From Psammoneis japonica (taxonomy: Eukaryota): DNA of 64,000 nt. A program made the position numbers and the translations under genes. The stretch spans positions 124,001 through 188,000 of the forward strand of contig QPGO01000123.1 of NCBI GenBank assembly GCA_008632985.1. The letters run 5' to 3'. This document shows, in pieces, positions 23,331-34,012 of this stretch. The notes below the pieces were generated by a model, which searched no databases, was not told the DNA's origin, and was given only the letters and a program-made list of their open reading frames with translations. Within the stretch, counting starts at the first letter, position 1; every line of letters starts with the position of its first letter.

Positions 23331-25948
23331 TTGGGGTGCCTAATGTGATGTACACTGTGCGACGCGAGGAGGAGCGGTGCGGCTTGACAATTGGTTCTTG
23401 GGCCGGATGATCCAGGCCCAGTGTTCGCTCCGACTCCGGAGCCCATTCCATGTTCAGCTTGGAGGTGCGCATCTCGGAGATGAAGGTCTCAAGATCACCG
23501 TCAGGGTCCTCCTCAAGGTGCTTGGTGAGCTCGGCACACGCGGCCTTGACCTTGTCGAGGGTGCAGTTGGTCTTTGTCACCCCCCTCAGAAGCTTTCTGG
23601 CTTGTGATGCCGGGAGATCCTTGGCGGGGCAGTTGGCGCGTCCCTCACCGTGAAGATTGGTTCGGTGACACACGGCGCACCTGCGGGAGGAGCCCGTGGC
23701 CGTGCTGTTGTGGGATCCAGATTGGTTGACCACCGCACAGAGATTCTGCATCTGATCAAACAGGTCGTCACAGATTTCCTCATGGCGGAAGCGGTGTTGA
23801 TGAAACGCTTCACGGAGACAAACATGGCACAACAGGATGTGGGACCGGAAATTGGGTGCAAGCATTCAAGTGAGCCTGAGTCTTTTGGCATGGTGTTTGA
23901 CCATGCTCTCGGCCCACCCGTCCTTGCACTCCACCTCCCCCTCTTCAGAGTGTAGGGATTCCTGGGCCAGAGACAACAGAGCCAGATGGCATTCGCATGT
24001 CTTCTGAAGGACTCGAGGCAGAAGCCCGTGCCGCAAGCAGTCCTCAATGAACCGGGGCGAGCATCGTCGCTCGTAAAGAAAGGCCTGGAACCGGTCATTC
24101 TGAACCGGCCAGAGCTTCTCCCATGCTTTGGAGACTTCCTTCATGATCCGCATGAGGTCTGACCGGTTCTTGATCAATCCCAGAGTGTTTGAACGCTTGG
24201 TCTGCCAGGCACTGTCATGTCCGGTCCGGCTCCGCTCGAGCGCACCCAGATGTTTCAAGAGAGCTGCCACAAGCTCCTCCTTGCTGGGTGTGTTTTCAAA
24301 GAAATCGGCACCACACACACCTGGTGACGCCGTCACATCCACACTCTGATTCAGAAACTCCGCCCAATCTCTCGCATCCAGCCCCGGTGGGCACAGCAGC
24401 TGTTCCACTGCCGTCGCATTCAAAACCGCTTCGCCAAAGATCTTGGTGGCATCTCCAATCAATGGGTTGTTGCCCCAATGTTCCAAATTGAGCCGGCGTG
24501 TCTCCGCAATGCCGTCCTCATCCGTGAGAATGGGAGCGGCGGCCGAGGGTGCGGCAGGCGTGCCCACCGCCGAGCAGGGGGGAGGGCCAGTTGCTCTCAC
24601 CCCTGAAACTCCCGCGGATGGTGCAGGTGCAATCGGTCTGGCCATGGGAGGCACTGGTGACGGAACTCGGGGCACCAGGGGAGGCACTTCCTCCCGCCAC
24701 CGTGTAGCCTCGTCAAGAGTGGCGAAGGTTCGCACATGTCGGAACCCCCGGCTCAAAGCCAGGGCCACATTCGCATCAGAGGTGCAGACATGCTGCTCAT
24801 GTGAACCACGAACGAAGCCATGCCACCGTTCCCCCGGCATTGTGGGTTGACGACGATGCCACTCTTCTGCTTCTCGCTGAGTGGGGAATGTGGCGCGCAA
24901 GATGGCACCCACTCCAAGCCAGCATTCCAAGTCCTCACGAGCATTGCAAATGCGCCGAGTCTCGTCTGGTTCACTCAACCCATGCCAAAGGGGTTCGGGC
25001 CCCGGCAGCGACGGTCGAGATGCCATTGGAGGAGGTGATGGATTGGCAGCAACAGGAGTGGTGCCTGGCCCTGGGAAAGGGATCCTGGGGCCAGCAGCCC
25101 CCTGACCAGAGAGGTCATTCCGAGCTTCAACTGGACGTGTCCCAGTTGAAGTCGAGTGTCCCAGTTGAAGTCGAAACTGTGACAGGGTCCGCTGCCTGTT
25201 GTGACAGATTGTCTGTCTGCGGAGTGACCGGTGACAGCAGGCACTCAGTCGTGATCGGCGGGTCGTGCAATTCAGTCCCGCCGAAGGTCACCTGCCTCTG
25301 TTCTCGGTGGTCTTCTCCCCCTCGGATCTCATTGAGCTCCTGCTGAAGATTCCGGTCCAGATCCGCCATTGCTTGACGGAGCGGAGTGGCGCCGGTGAAT
25401 GACTCATCGTTGGTGGTTGCAACTGATTCTTCGTCCGGCTCTTGATCGTCCAGGAGAGCCTCAGCCACGCGTGACATCTCGTCGTTTTCGGCCGAGACCC
25501 GCGCGTCTCGCTCTTCGCAGGTCAATCCCATCCGGAGCCGGTCCAGTCGGCCGTCAACCACGTCCCTGTGCCGTCCGCTGGCATTGGGGAACCTCTCATA
25601 GAATCGAGGAGGGGCCCGGTGGGCTGTCTCTTGTGACTTCTTATGGTGCCCACGATGGGTACACCCGTCGCGGGTTGCCCCGCATGCGCAGTGAATCGTC
25701 TGCCCACACTCCTTGCGGGTCATGCAGACCCGGCACAGGTTGTCTGGAGTGAGGTCGACCAGGTCAGAGGGGGCCACCAGATCATCTTGGAGAGTCACAC
25801 TTCCCACTGACGAGGTCTCGGAGAGTTGTTTGTCCTTGACAGTGCCGTCATCCGCGTCGTCCGTGTCCAATGTGACGGTTTCAGGCCCAGAGACTAAGAC
25901 ACCGGTCGTGGTGGAAGAGTCCGGTGGACTGCCGTCGATGCGTGTCAT
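23134..25948 (-). pseudogene. gag-like ORF1 with N-terminal Cys cluster, two RNase H1 N-terminal (viroplasmin)-like repeats and a C-terminal zinc knuckle
   Basis: ORFs 25127-25948, 23866-25026 and 23134-23865; WHG..IC/VC..TF.T..EA..W twice; CAVCHRTNLH..CP. Confidence 0.65.
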
Positions 25949-25992
25949 GGCGTTGTAGCCGTCAGGTAGACAGCAGTCCAGTTCCCCCCTGC

Positions 25993-26276
25993 AAAAAGAA
26001 AATTTTTTGCACTGTCTAGCGTGTCAGCTCGTTGGTGCTCCAAATTGTGAGCTGTTGTGAACTGTTGGCGGCGAAGCCAATCTTCGTGTCTTTTTCCAAA
26101 TCCTGGTGTTGAAAATCAACGTGGGGCCACTTGATTGTTCGCATTAGCAGCGTTCCCATTGAGGTCGAGTGCCCGAGATCACTTTTTAATCCAACACCTA
26201 GTCCGGATCTGTCGAAGAACATCCGTTCTCAATTCGTCGTTTGTCCGAGAACCTGTCAATTAGGGCAAGTGATGAG
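25993..26276 (-). repeat. Split direct repeat A1 (5' terminus of element)
   Basis: Aligns with 18389-18671 and retains more TA/CG. Confidence 0.92.
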
Positions 26277-26439
26277 TCACAGGATCTTTTCGCACGGTGG
26301 CGCGCGAAATGACTGCGATGATCGCGCGCACGCGCGTATCGACGATTGCGGAAAACGCCACCACAAAAAAAAAAAACCGTACTGTAGCGAGCGACACGAT
26401 GGGAACAGAAACAGAAGGAGCGACTAATACCATTAGCGG

Positions 26440-27365
26440 AAGCCGAATCGACGAGGAGAAGAGCACTGCGGGGGGTGCCTTGATGACACGTGGTTTCAAT
26501 CGAGACGAAAAAAATGGCAAAGACGAGGAGATTTCTTGCCACACGGACAAAACGACCGTTCGTGCCGGGAACGTGACGGTACGCATGAAATTCTCAAATC
26601 TCTGCTGTCCTACGTTTGTTTTGCAAAGCGTTTCGAAACTAGAAATTTGAAGCACGTTTCGAAATTTTTCAAATGATGATTGTCTTGTTGCCGCTCTTCT
26701 CACCTTTCCTCGCGTTCTGAACGAACCTCATGCTGCAGAGTTCTAGACGACGCATGTCAACTCGTCGCGAAATCGCAGGTAAGGTCACTTTGCCGTGTAC
26801 TTGAACGTAGAGCACCTCCCCCTTTTCGTTTGGACTTTTTCATTCACTCCCTATTCTATTCCTTGCTGTTTTTTCGAAATGCAGCGGATGCTCGGACTGT
26901 CGTCGAGCTCACACTTCGTCCCATCCGCAACACCGACGATCGCAGCATCGTTCTACTCGCTCTCCCAAAGTTCTTTGACATGAAGCAGAGGCGTGCTTTT
27001 GTTGGGATTTATGAGATATTGGCAAACGGAAAGACTGTACCTGAAGAGCTTGGGCGATTCCCCATTGAGCGAAGGGATGAATTGATCCAAGCATTTCGTG
27101 ACACTGTCCATTCTATCAATGCTAGCTTTTGGCCGTAGCATATAGGCGTGCCAAACGTTTCCGCCACGACATTTGCTGCTGTATCGAGATTCATCGTCAT
27201 AGAACATGCCAATTGATCCATGTATATTGTTGTCATACTTGGCAATGCTAGAGGTAATTGGAGAAGTGCTGCAACTTGCCAAGGTGTAGCCACACAAAAT
27301 TTGGTTTGTAATCATTGGGTCCAATTCATCTGCCCGTGAGTAACTAGGTCGGTACAGGATCAAAA
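26440..27365. repeat. Segmental duplication copy 1 (copy 2 is 33490-33583 plus 39419-40300, split by the Copia element)
   Basis: Shared blocks gacgaggagaagagcactg..gccttgatgac, gggaacgtgacggtacgcatgaaattctcaaatctct and gaattgatccaagcatttcgtga. Confidence 0.88.
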
Positions 27366-29768
27366 TGTTATTAGTTTTCTCTACCGTCTTTACTGGATGA
27401 TATCATGGAATTCATCGAATCCAAATTAGCGTGAGGCATCGTCTGACTGGCAAGGTTGTTGTTGATTCAGAGAAAGAAGAAAGACACATCCATGACCAAA
27501 ATTTTTTGGGTGCCAAACGTGTCTTGTACTTGGAGACGGCTGACAACACTGTCCTGACTTGATCAAAATCAGAAGCGGTCAGCAAAGCGAGATTAACCTG
27601 TGTCCCTTTATCTTCCATGGCATTCTTGCTCACCACCAGAGAACAAACACAAGCTTCATGGCCTCCTTCTGCAGCAAATGTCAAAGCCGTCACGCCACAA
27701 AATGTGGAGTGATTTGGATTTGCACCACATTTGAGAAGAGTGTCCAAACATGAAAGCCATCCAGAATCAGATGCAGTCATTGACAGCTCTTGTTTTGACC
27801 TGCCCAGGTGACAAACACAGAGCAGAACAAAGTTGAGATCTCTCTTCCTCGTTGGATGTCACATTCCCCAGAGTCCCCAGACTGCATGCCAGCACACTCT
27901 CTTACATCATTTCGCTGATGCCTCACAAATCTCTGACATCCAGGTGAATGACCAAATTGAATTTCATCCACCATGGATCTAAATTTTGTTTGGCCCAACA
28001 CCAGCAAATAAATCTGCACAATGCAGATTTGCCACTCCCAGTGGGGCCATCAAGCAATGCAGACTCAGCTGAAGTCATCTTTTAAAAATTGGTCAACACA
28101 ACGCCAAGCTGCTGGCCCATGTCCTTGTTCTTGTTGCCTGTGGTGTGTGATGCCACCACTTGCTTGTTCACACAATTCAATGCAATCACCTGTTTGGTCC
28201 ATTCTGCTGCCAGCACCTTTGACCATGAACAAATCAACCGCACAGGTGAGGAACGTCTGTCACAGCTTCTCTGGCAACTCATTTTGCATGCTTGACATTG
28301 ATCAGTGATGTGACCCATGATCATTGTCTTGACACCCAAGATGTCCTCAAGTGGCTGCAATGCCACAATGAACTGCTCCAAGTTTTGTGCAAGCCAAGCA
28401 CACCACCTGATGAAGTGGAGAGATTTTGTTCAAGAAGCTGTTGCACTTTGCCCTGGCCCTCCTCCAAATTTTGCAGAGCCTCCTTCATTTCTCTTTGGCC
28501 TGTTTTGAGATCTTCTGGAGGCCTTCTGCCAGCTTTGACAACTTTTTGTCCAGTTCAGTGATTCATCCCTCCAAACCTGAGAAATCAAAAACCATTTTCA
28601 TTGTGTTTGCAGCGATCCTTTCAAGAAGCATCCTGTCACTTGTTGCACACAGTTTCTCCAGTTCCTTTGCATGGCTGTCAGCTCACTTTCCACAACTGTC
28701 TCACATTCTTGAGCACAGGGGGGCCTCATTGCTTGCACTGAGTTCTGTCCACATCCTTGAATGCAGTCAGCACAATTGGCATCTGAGGCTGCAAAAAGTC
28801 TGATCATCTTGGAGTCACCACCATCGGAGCTGTTCTGATCACCTTGAATGGCATCAACACATTTGAGCTTTTCAACTTCATGTGCTTGATGAGCCCAACT
28901 TCATCAAGATGGGGCATGATCCCACTCAGTCACTTGATCTGGCCTGCAATCTTTTTGACAATTGAAGTGTCCTGGCTGATCACTTGAAGTGCTGGCATGA
29001 GTGCCGCAAAGGCAACTCCAACAAATGGCGCACAGCTGAGCACCCCAGCCACTTCTTTCAATGTTTTGTTCATGGAAGTGACTGTCTCCCCATCAATTGC
29101 AAATGTTGTCACCAAGAAGCTGTCGTCAAAGCCTTTCAGCATACAACCAGTCAACCCAAGTTCATTGAGTGCAGTTGAAAGCTGGCTGAACACTTCATGT
29201 TTGTCACCTGCATTTTGTCTCACTTGTTCAGCACTGCTTTTTGCCTCTCTCACCTTGGTGGACAATTTGGCAAAGTCACAAATTGCCAATGTGCAACCAT
29301 CGATTGTTGTTGAGTTGGCTGCCACGGTGTTTGGTTTGTTTTCTCTTTCTGTCTGTTGCCCATTCTCTTGTAGAAAGACAACACCTTCAAAGCTGGGAAC
29401 ACTTTCAATTTTGCTTTTCCCTGGCACAGTGCGAACAGTTTCCAGCATGCAAGAGTTCCTGCCACCGACGGGTGTCGACTCAACATGCAACTCCGATCCA
29501 AGGGCGACACGAATGGAGGCGCGCAAGAGAATGCACTTGCTGCCACTGCTCAAAGCTTGTTTCACCTTTGTCATTTTTTCATCATCTGACAAAGCAAGAC
29601 ACTTGCTGTCGTCAGCCACAAACACATGCTCTTTGGGAAAACTGGGGCAGCTCGAGTTGTCAACACGACTTCGAAGATCCTCAGAACTTTAATTTCCTTC
29701 TTCAGATCATCGATCAACTCTTCCCAGTTGGCCCCAAACAGTTTTGCTTTCACTCCATGAGGAGCCAT
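26953..29768 (-). pseudogene. Hypermutated host-type gene: helical N-terminal region, ankyrin repeats, C-terminal domain
   Basis: LLKCGANPN..GVTALTFAAEGGHEACV ankyrin consensus (27412-27780); long coding-like frames at 28930-29768; TA-free from ~27450 to 29900. Confidence 0.6.
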
Positions 29769-30227
29769 GGGAATGATGTTGAAGCTGCTTTCACAGCACG
29801 CACCCCACGTCAAACAGATTCTGTCTCGCCTGTCCAAGATCCAAGCGATCGATCTTCAATCTCAACTCATCAAAAATCACATTAAGCACAAGAAGTGGAA
29901 GCATTTAATGCTGGCTAGCAGCAGCCATCATGCAGCATCTATTTTAGGTATGAACACCCCCTCACTCGAGCGAGCGAGGAGAATGAATTCAGAATCATCT
30001 CAGTGGCAGTGGCGATCTGTCTGTACGATGGTTTCTACGTACGCATGTTTTGTACTGTCCTCCGTCCGTGCCACCTCCAGCCCGATTCCCGTACCAATTA
30101 CAGACCTCCCAAGCCGGGAGTGCCCGATTCAAGACACGATTCAGAAATTCAGACGAGTAGCGACGAGCGACGACACGACACGACACACGACACAACACAC
30201 AACACATAAAATAAAATTGTACATACA

Positions 30228-32102
30228 ATGTTGCTATCAACTATCAACAGCATGACATCATTCTCGCTGGCATCACAACGTTCATTACCCTCAGTAGCAA
30301 GGGCTTTTCGTTTCCGATCAACAGAGGCCAGGCAGCAGAATGTGGTTGTGGTGGGCTGTGGACTATTCGGAAAGTTGATTGCCGAAAATCTGCAAAAAGA
30401 AAAGCGTGTAGTTGTCACGGTCACGTCTCGACGACTCGAGAAGGCCAAGGATATTGCCCAGAAGCTCAACTGTCGTGGAGAGTCATTTGATCTAGATGCC
30501 CCCGATGAATCCCTCTTGGAATCTGCTGATGTGGTGGTCAATACGGCAGGACCCTGGACGCAGCAGTCACTCCAGCTCGCAAAGCTAGCCTGCAGATCTA
30601 AAGCTCACTATATCGATATCGCTGATAACCGGTCGTTTGTCCGAGATTTTTCTGAACAAGTCAATTCCGAGGCCAAGGAGAATGGTGTATATGCGATCTC
30701 AGGCGCATCGACATGTCCTGCTGTGAGCATGGCTGTGATGCAACGCGCCCTCCAAGCTGTCAAGGAACACACTCAGACCGACACTGCTGTCCTCAAGAGC
30801 GCCAAGATTGTAGTATCAGGAGCCTTGCGTACGCCCTTTGGTCCGGGGACGATTCAATCTGTGCTTTCGTATGCTGGAGCAACTATCAAGCAACGTCAGG
30901 GAATGGACGACTCTGCGACAGTGGTTGGATGGCGCGATTGTTCCTTTGAGGCGATTCGTGGATTACCGGAACGGCGTCTAGTGGCAAATGTCGAGACGCC
31001 AGAACTCGACCTTTTGGTACAAGATTACAAAGAAATAGAAAGTGTGCGTGTTCAGGCAGGAATCGGGAATGTTCTGCCTACCCTGGGTACCGTGGCTCTT
31101 TCCTACATGCCAGAGACCTTGCGAAGCTGGTTGGTGTCCCCACGGCGTTCCTTGCTTCTATCGAAAGCCTTTGGATGGATTCATGCCTACATTCCATCTG
31201 GTGGAACCTTTGATGTCGGCGCCATGAAAGTATCTTGTATCGTTGGGTCAAAAGATGGAGACGGCAGTCTCGCTCCGTTTGTCTATGAATGGTCTCTACT
31301 CGGTGAGCGCGGTCATGGCATACAAGTTCCGGCAAGCCCAGCTACAATGTTGACGATGAAACTACTGAATGGTTTTCTGCAAGATACTCCTCCCGGCGCA
31401 TACTCTGCAAATGAACCTTTTTTGAGTTTGAATGAGCTGGAACAGCATTTTCAATCCCTGGGGAACATCAGAACCCATGAACACGTGCGTCCCTTTATCA
31501 GTCCCTTCACATGTGCAATCGGTTCACGAGACGCTGCTGAGATCTCGCCAATATTGCGAGCGGCTCATGCTGCAGGAGGTGTCTTTGAGGGGGAGCTAGA
31601 AGTCATTGGTCCTACTGGTTGGAAGCAACTACCTCTTTGGTTCCTTTGCACGTATGCTAGCTTGCCTCCATCTAGCAAGGGAAATTCCCTTCCGGTCAAG
31701 GTCACTGTTGAACCAAGACCATGCTGCGACGGCTCTGGAATGGACGAGATTTGGTTTGTTCGAACCTTTGGGGATAGGCCCTTTGTTTCCCAGTGGCGCA
31801 TGGCGAATGGAGTCGCAAAAGAAAAGTTTCGATTCGATCAACACTTTGCCATGGAAGTGGCCTTGCGACCACCTGATGGCTTTGACCTCATTGGTCGGGC
31901 AATGTTCCCGTTGCCCTTTCAACGCCATGCGCTGTCTCGAATGTCAGTTTCTTCTGAATCGACAGTCGATAAGGAGGCGGAGCATCCGACTACGAACCTT
32001 ACGGTTCATGCAATGTTTCCCTTGCTCAGCAAGGAGCCTTTCTTTGGATATCGAGGTAAGCTTCGAATTCTTCGAACCTGGTTCGGCCATGAGTACTTCT
32101 AA
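30228..32102 (+). CDS. Saccharopine dehydrogenase-like NAD(P)-binding oxidoreductase with C-terminal DUF4166-like domain and probable mitochondrial presequence
   Basis: VVVVGCGLFG, VVNTAGPW, HYIDIAD, SGAST.PA; C-terminal W.RTFG.RPF.S and FFGYRG.L; Ser/Arg-rich N-terminus. Confidence 0.8.
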   Translation: MLLSTINSMTSFSLASQRSLPSVARAFRFRSTEARQQNVVVVGCGLFGKLIAENLQKEKRVVVTVTSRRLEKAKDIAQKLNCRGESFDLDAPDESLLESADVVVNTAGPWTQQSLQLAKLACRSKAHYIDIADNRSFVRDFSEQVNSEAKENGVYAISGASTCPAVSMAVMQRALQAVKEHTQTDTAVLKSAKIVVSGALRTPFGPGTIQSVLSYAGATIKQRQGMDDSATVVGWRDCSFEAIRGLPERRLVANVETPELDLLVQDYKEIESVRVQAGIGNVLPTLGTVALSYMPETLRSWLVSPRRSLLLSKAFGWIHAYIPSGGTFDVGAMKVSCIVGSKDGDGSLAPFVYEWSLLGERGHGIQVPASPATMLTMKLLNGFLQDTPPGAYSANEPFLSLNELEQHFQSLGNIRTHEHVRPFISPFTCAIGSRDAAEISPILRAAHAAGGVFEGELEVIGPTGWKQLPLWFLCTYASLPPSSKGNSLPVKVTVEPRPCCDGSGMDEIWFVRTFGDRPFVSQWRMANGVAKEKFRFDQHFAMEVALRPPDGFDLIGRAMFPLPFQRHALSRMSVSSESTVDKEAEHPTTNLTVHAMFPLLSKEPFFGYRGKLRILRTWFGHEYF

Positions 32103-32279
32103 TCTGTAGTCGCAGCCACTTTTGAGAGCAACAAATGATATTTTAGAATAAAATGAAGAGTGCATCTAGACTAGAAACCCCGTTGATTTCTTTTATTGAC
32201 CGGATGTAGTGGGCAATTTTATGCGCGACTTAGTGTGAACGCAGATTATTTGAAGATAAGGTTACAAGTTCTGTCTCCC

Positions 32280-33578
32280 ATGAGAAGTTGGTTGCTGCTT
32301 TCAGGCAATGGATTCAAGATGCAGAAGTGACCAGGGTGCACCAAGCCATGTTTCTTCCCAACAAGCACTGAAACACCTTTGAACCAGCCAAACCCTCTGG
32401 TGTCAGTTGCGCCCTTTGCCCCTGGTCACCACAATCCTTGGCTCCACCCACAGATTTCTTCAAAAAGAATTTTCCACTTGATCCCTTTGAGCTGGTGGTG
32501 CCATGGCCCTTTTGTGTGCTCATGTCAATGCTGACATCATTCACCTCATGGGGTGTTGCTCTCAGTGAAATGCTCCATTGCCTTCGTGTCCAAGCTGGTC
32601 ATGTCATGCAAAATTGTTGTCCCAAATGCTCTCCAGGGGCAGGCTTGAAAGTGCAAGGCTGGGAGAATTTTAAAACAAATTGGGGAGTCTCCCAGACAAA
32701 AAAGGCCGGGGCCCAGGTTTGGGGGAGTGCTGCAGCACTGGCCTCTCTGCTCTCCTCCCAAACAACAAAAAATGCCCTGCAAGACTCTTTCCTCTCTCAA
32801 TGTGCTCTCCCCAGTGTCACTGGCCCACCTTTTGTCTTCCACAAAGTTGTCCAGGAGCTGGTGCTTGGCTGGCTCCTGGTGGGTGGTCTGGAGCTTGAGC
32901 TCTGAAAATGGACCTCGTCTGTGCCAACAGGTGTTTGGAGCTGGTGCCTCCTGCGTGTGCTGTTTGAAATGACAGCACCAGCCACCACAGAATGGGGAAG
33001 ATGATGCAAGGGCTGTTGATCAGCTCAAGTTTGTTCCCACCATGGACAGAGGTCTCAAGCCTGTCTGCACCAGAGACCACTCAACACAACCAAGGCTTGC
33101 GGCCATTCTTTGTCATTGTTGCAACAAGAACAACGTTGTGAACAGAAGAAGAGTTTTCTTGAAGGATCCTCCCGCTTGCCCCAGGAGCTGGCAAGAATGC
33201 TCAGCTGGCTCCCAGTGAGCAGTCTGGAGCTCAAGCTCTGCAACTGCCACCAACTGTTTGGAGCTGGAGTCAGCTGTGCTGTTCCTTGAAGTGGCGGTGG
33301 CCGCAATCTCTCCTCCCACGCTGTTGGGGCACATCAGTGCTGCCGTAGTTGTGGATTGAGTGCACGGACTGTTGCGATGATTTTGCCACATTGCGTGCAT
33401 GCATGCATGCCGGCAGGGCCCCACATCAACCCAACCATCAACCCCATGACATGACAAGCACAACAACAGAAGCAGTGCCTGCCACTGGCAGAAGCAGCAG
33501 AATTGACGAGGAGAAGAGCACTGTGGGAGGCGCCTTGATGACGCATGGTTTCAATCATGACGAAAATGACAACGATGA
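32280..33578. other. TpA/CpG-depleted relic adjoining the Copia 3' LTR
   Basis: TA nearly absent; includes the mutated left part of the segmental duplication. Confidence 0.75.
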
Positions 33579-33583
33579 GCTTT

Positions 33584-33985
33584 TGTGGGCACACGGCAGT
33601 TTACGCCGCAGAGATGGAAATGGTGGCAACAGACAACTTAGGAGGTGTGAATTGACCAGTCGCTAAATTGTGAGAACAAAAACTGCTCCACTCGACAACC
33701 AACAAGAATTTGTAAAGAACGAGAAGTGACCCACATTTGCGCTGAACTCAATGCAGATGAACACAGTGAAAAGACTTGGCAGGAATGAGAAGTTCTTGAT
33801 TGCACAAAAGAAAAGAAGAAGCGGGGCTCAATTCTTGATTTGAACCCAAGACCTCCGATCTCATTCGTTTCTCGAGCTGTGATTGGGTGAGTCGTTGATG
33901 GTGGTTGATGGCGGTTTCTGAGCGGTCATTGTCACACGCAGGACTTGATGGCACACTGATGCTTGAACATGTGTGTGTTCTCACA
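33584..33985 (-). repeat. 3' LTR (402 bp, heavily TpA-mutated)
   Basis: Aligns end to end with 39009-39413. Confidence 0.95.
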
Positions 33986-33992
33986 CTCCCTC
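33986..33992 (-). other. Polypurine tract GAGGGAG
   Basis: Immediately precedes the 3' LTR on the minus strand. Confidence 0.75.
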
Positions 33993-34012
33993 ACACCGAA
34001 ATGTCCAAGTTG

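Larger units (their letters stand above)
18169..26276 (-). mobile_element. Tyrosine-recombinase retrotransposon (Ngaro/DIRS group) with split direct repeats A1...B1-A2-B2; defective
   Basis: gag-like, RT, RNase H and YR remnants; repeats A and B each present twice; no TSD; flanks rejoin into a copy of the sequence at 18072-18118. Confidence 0.9.
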
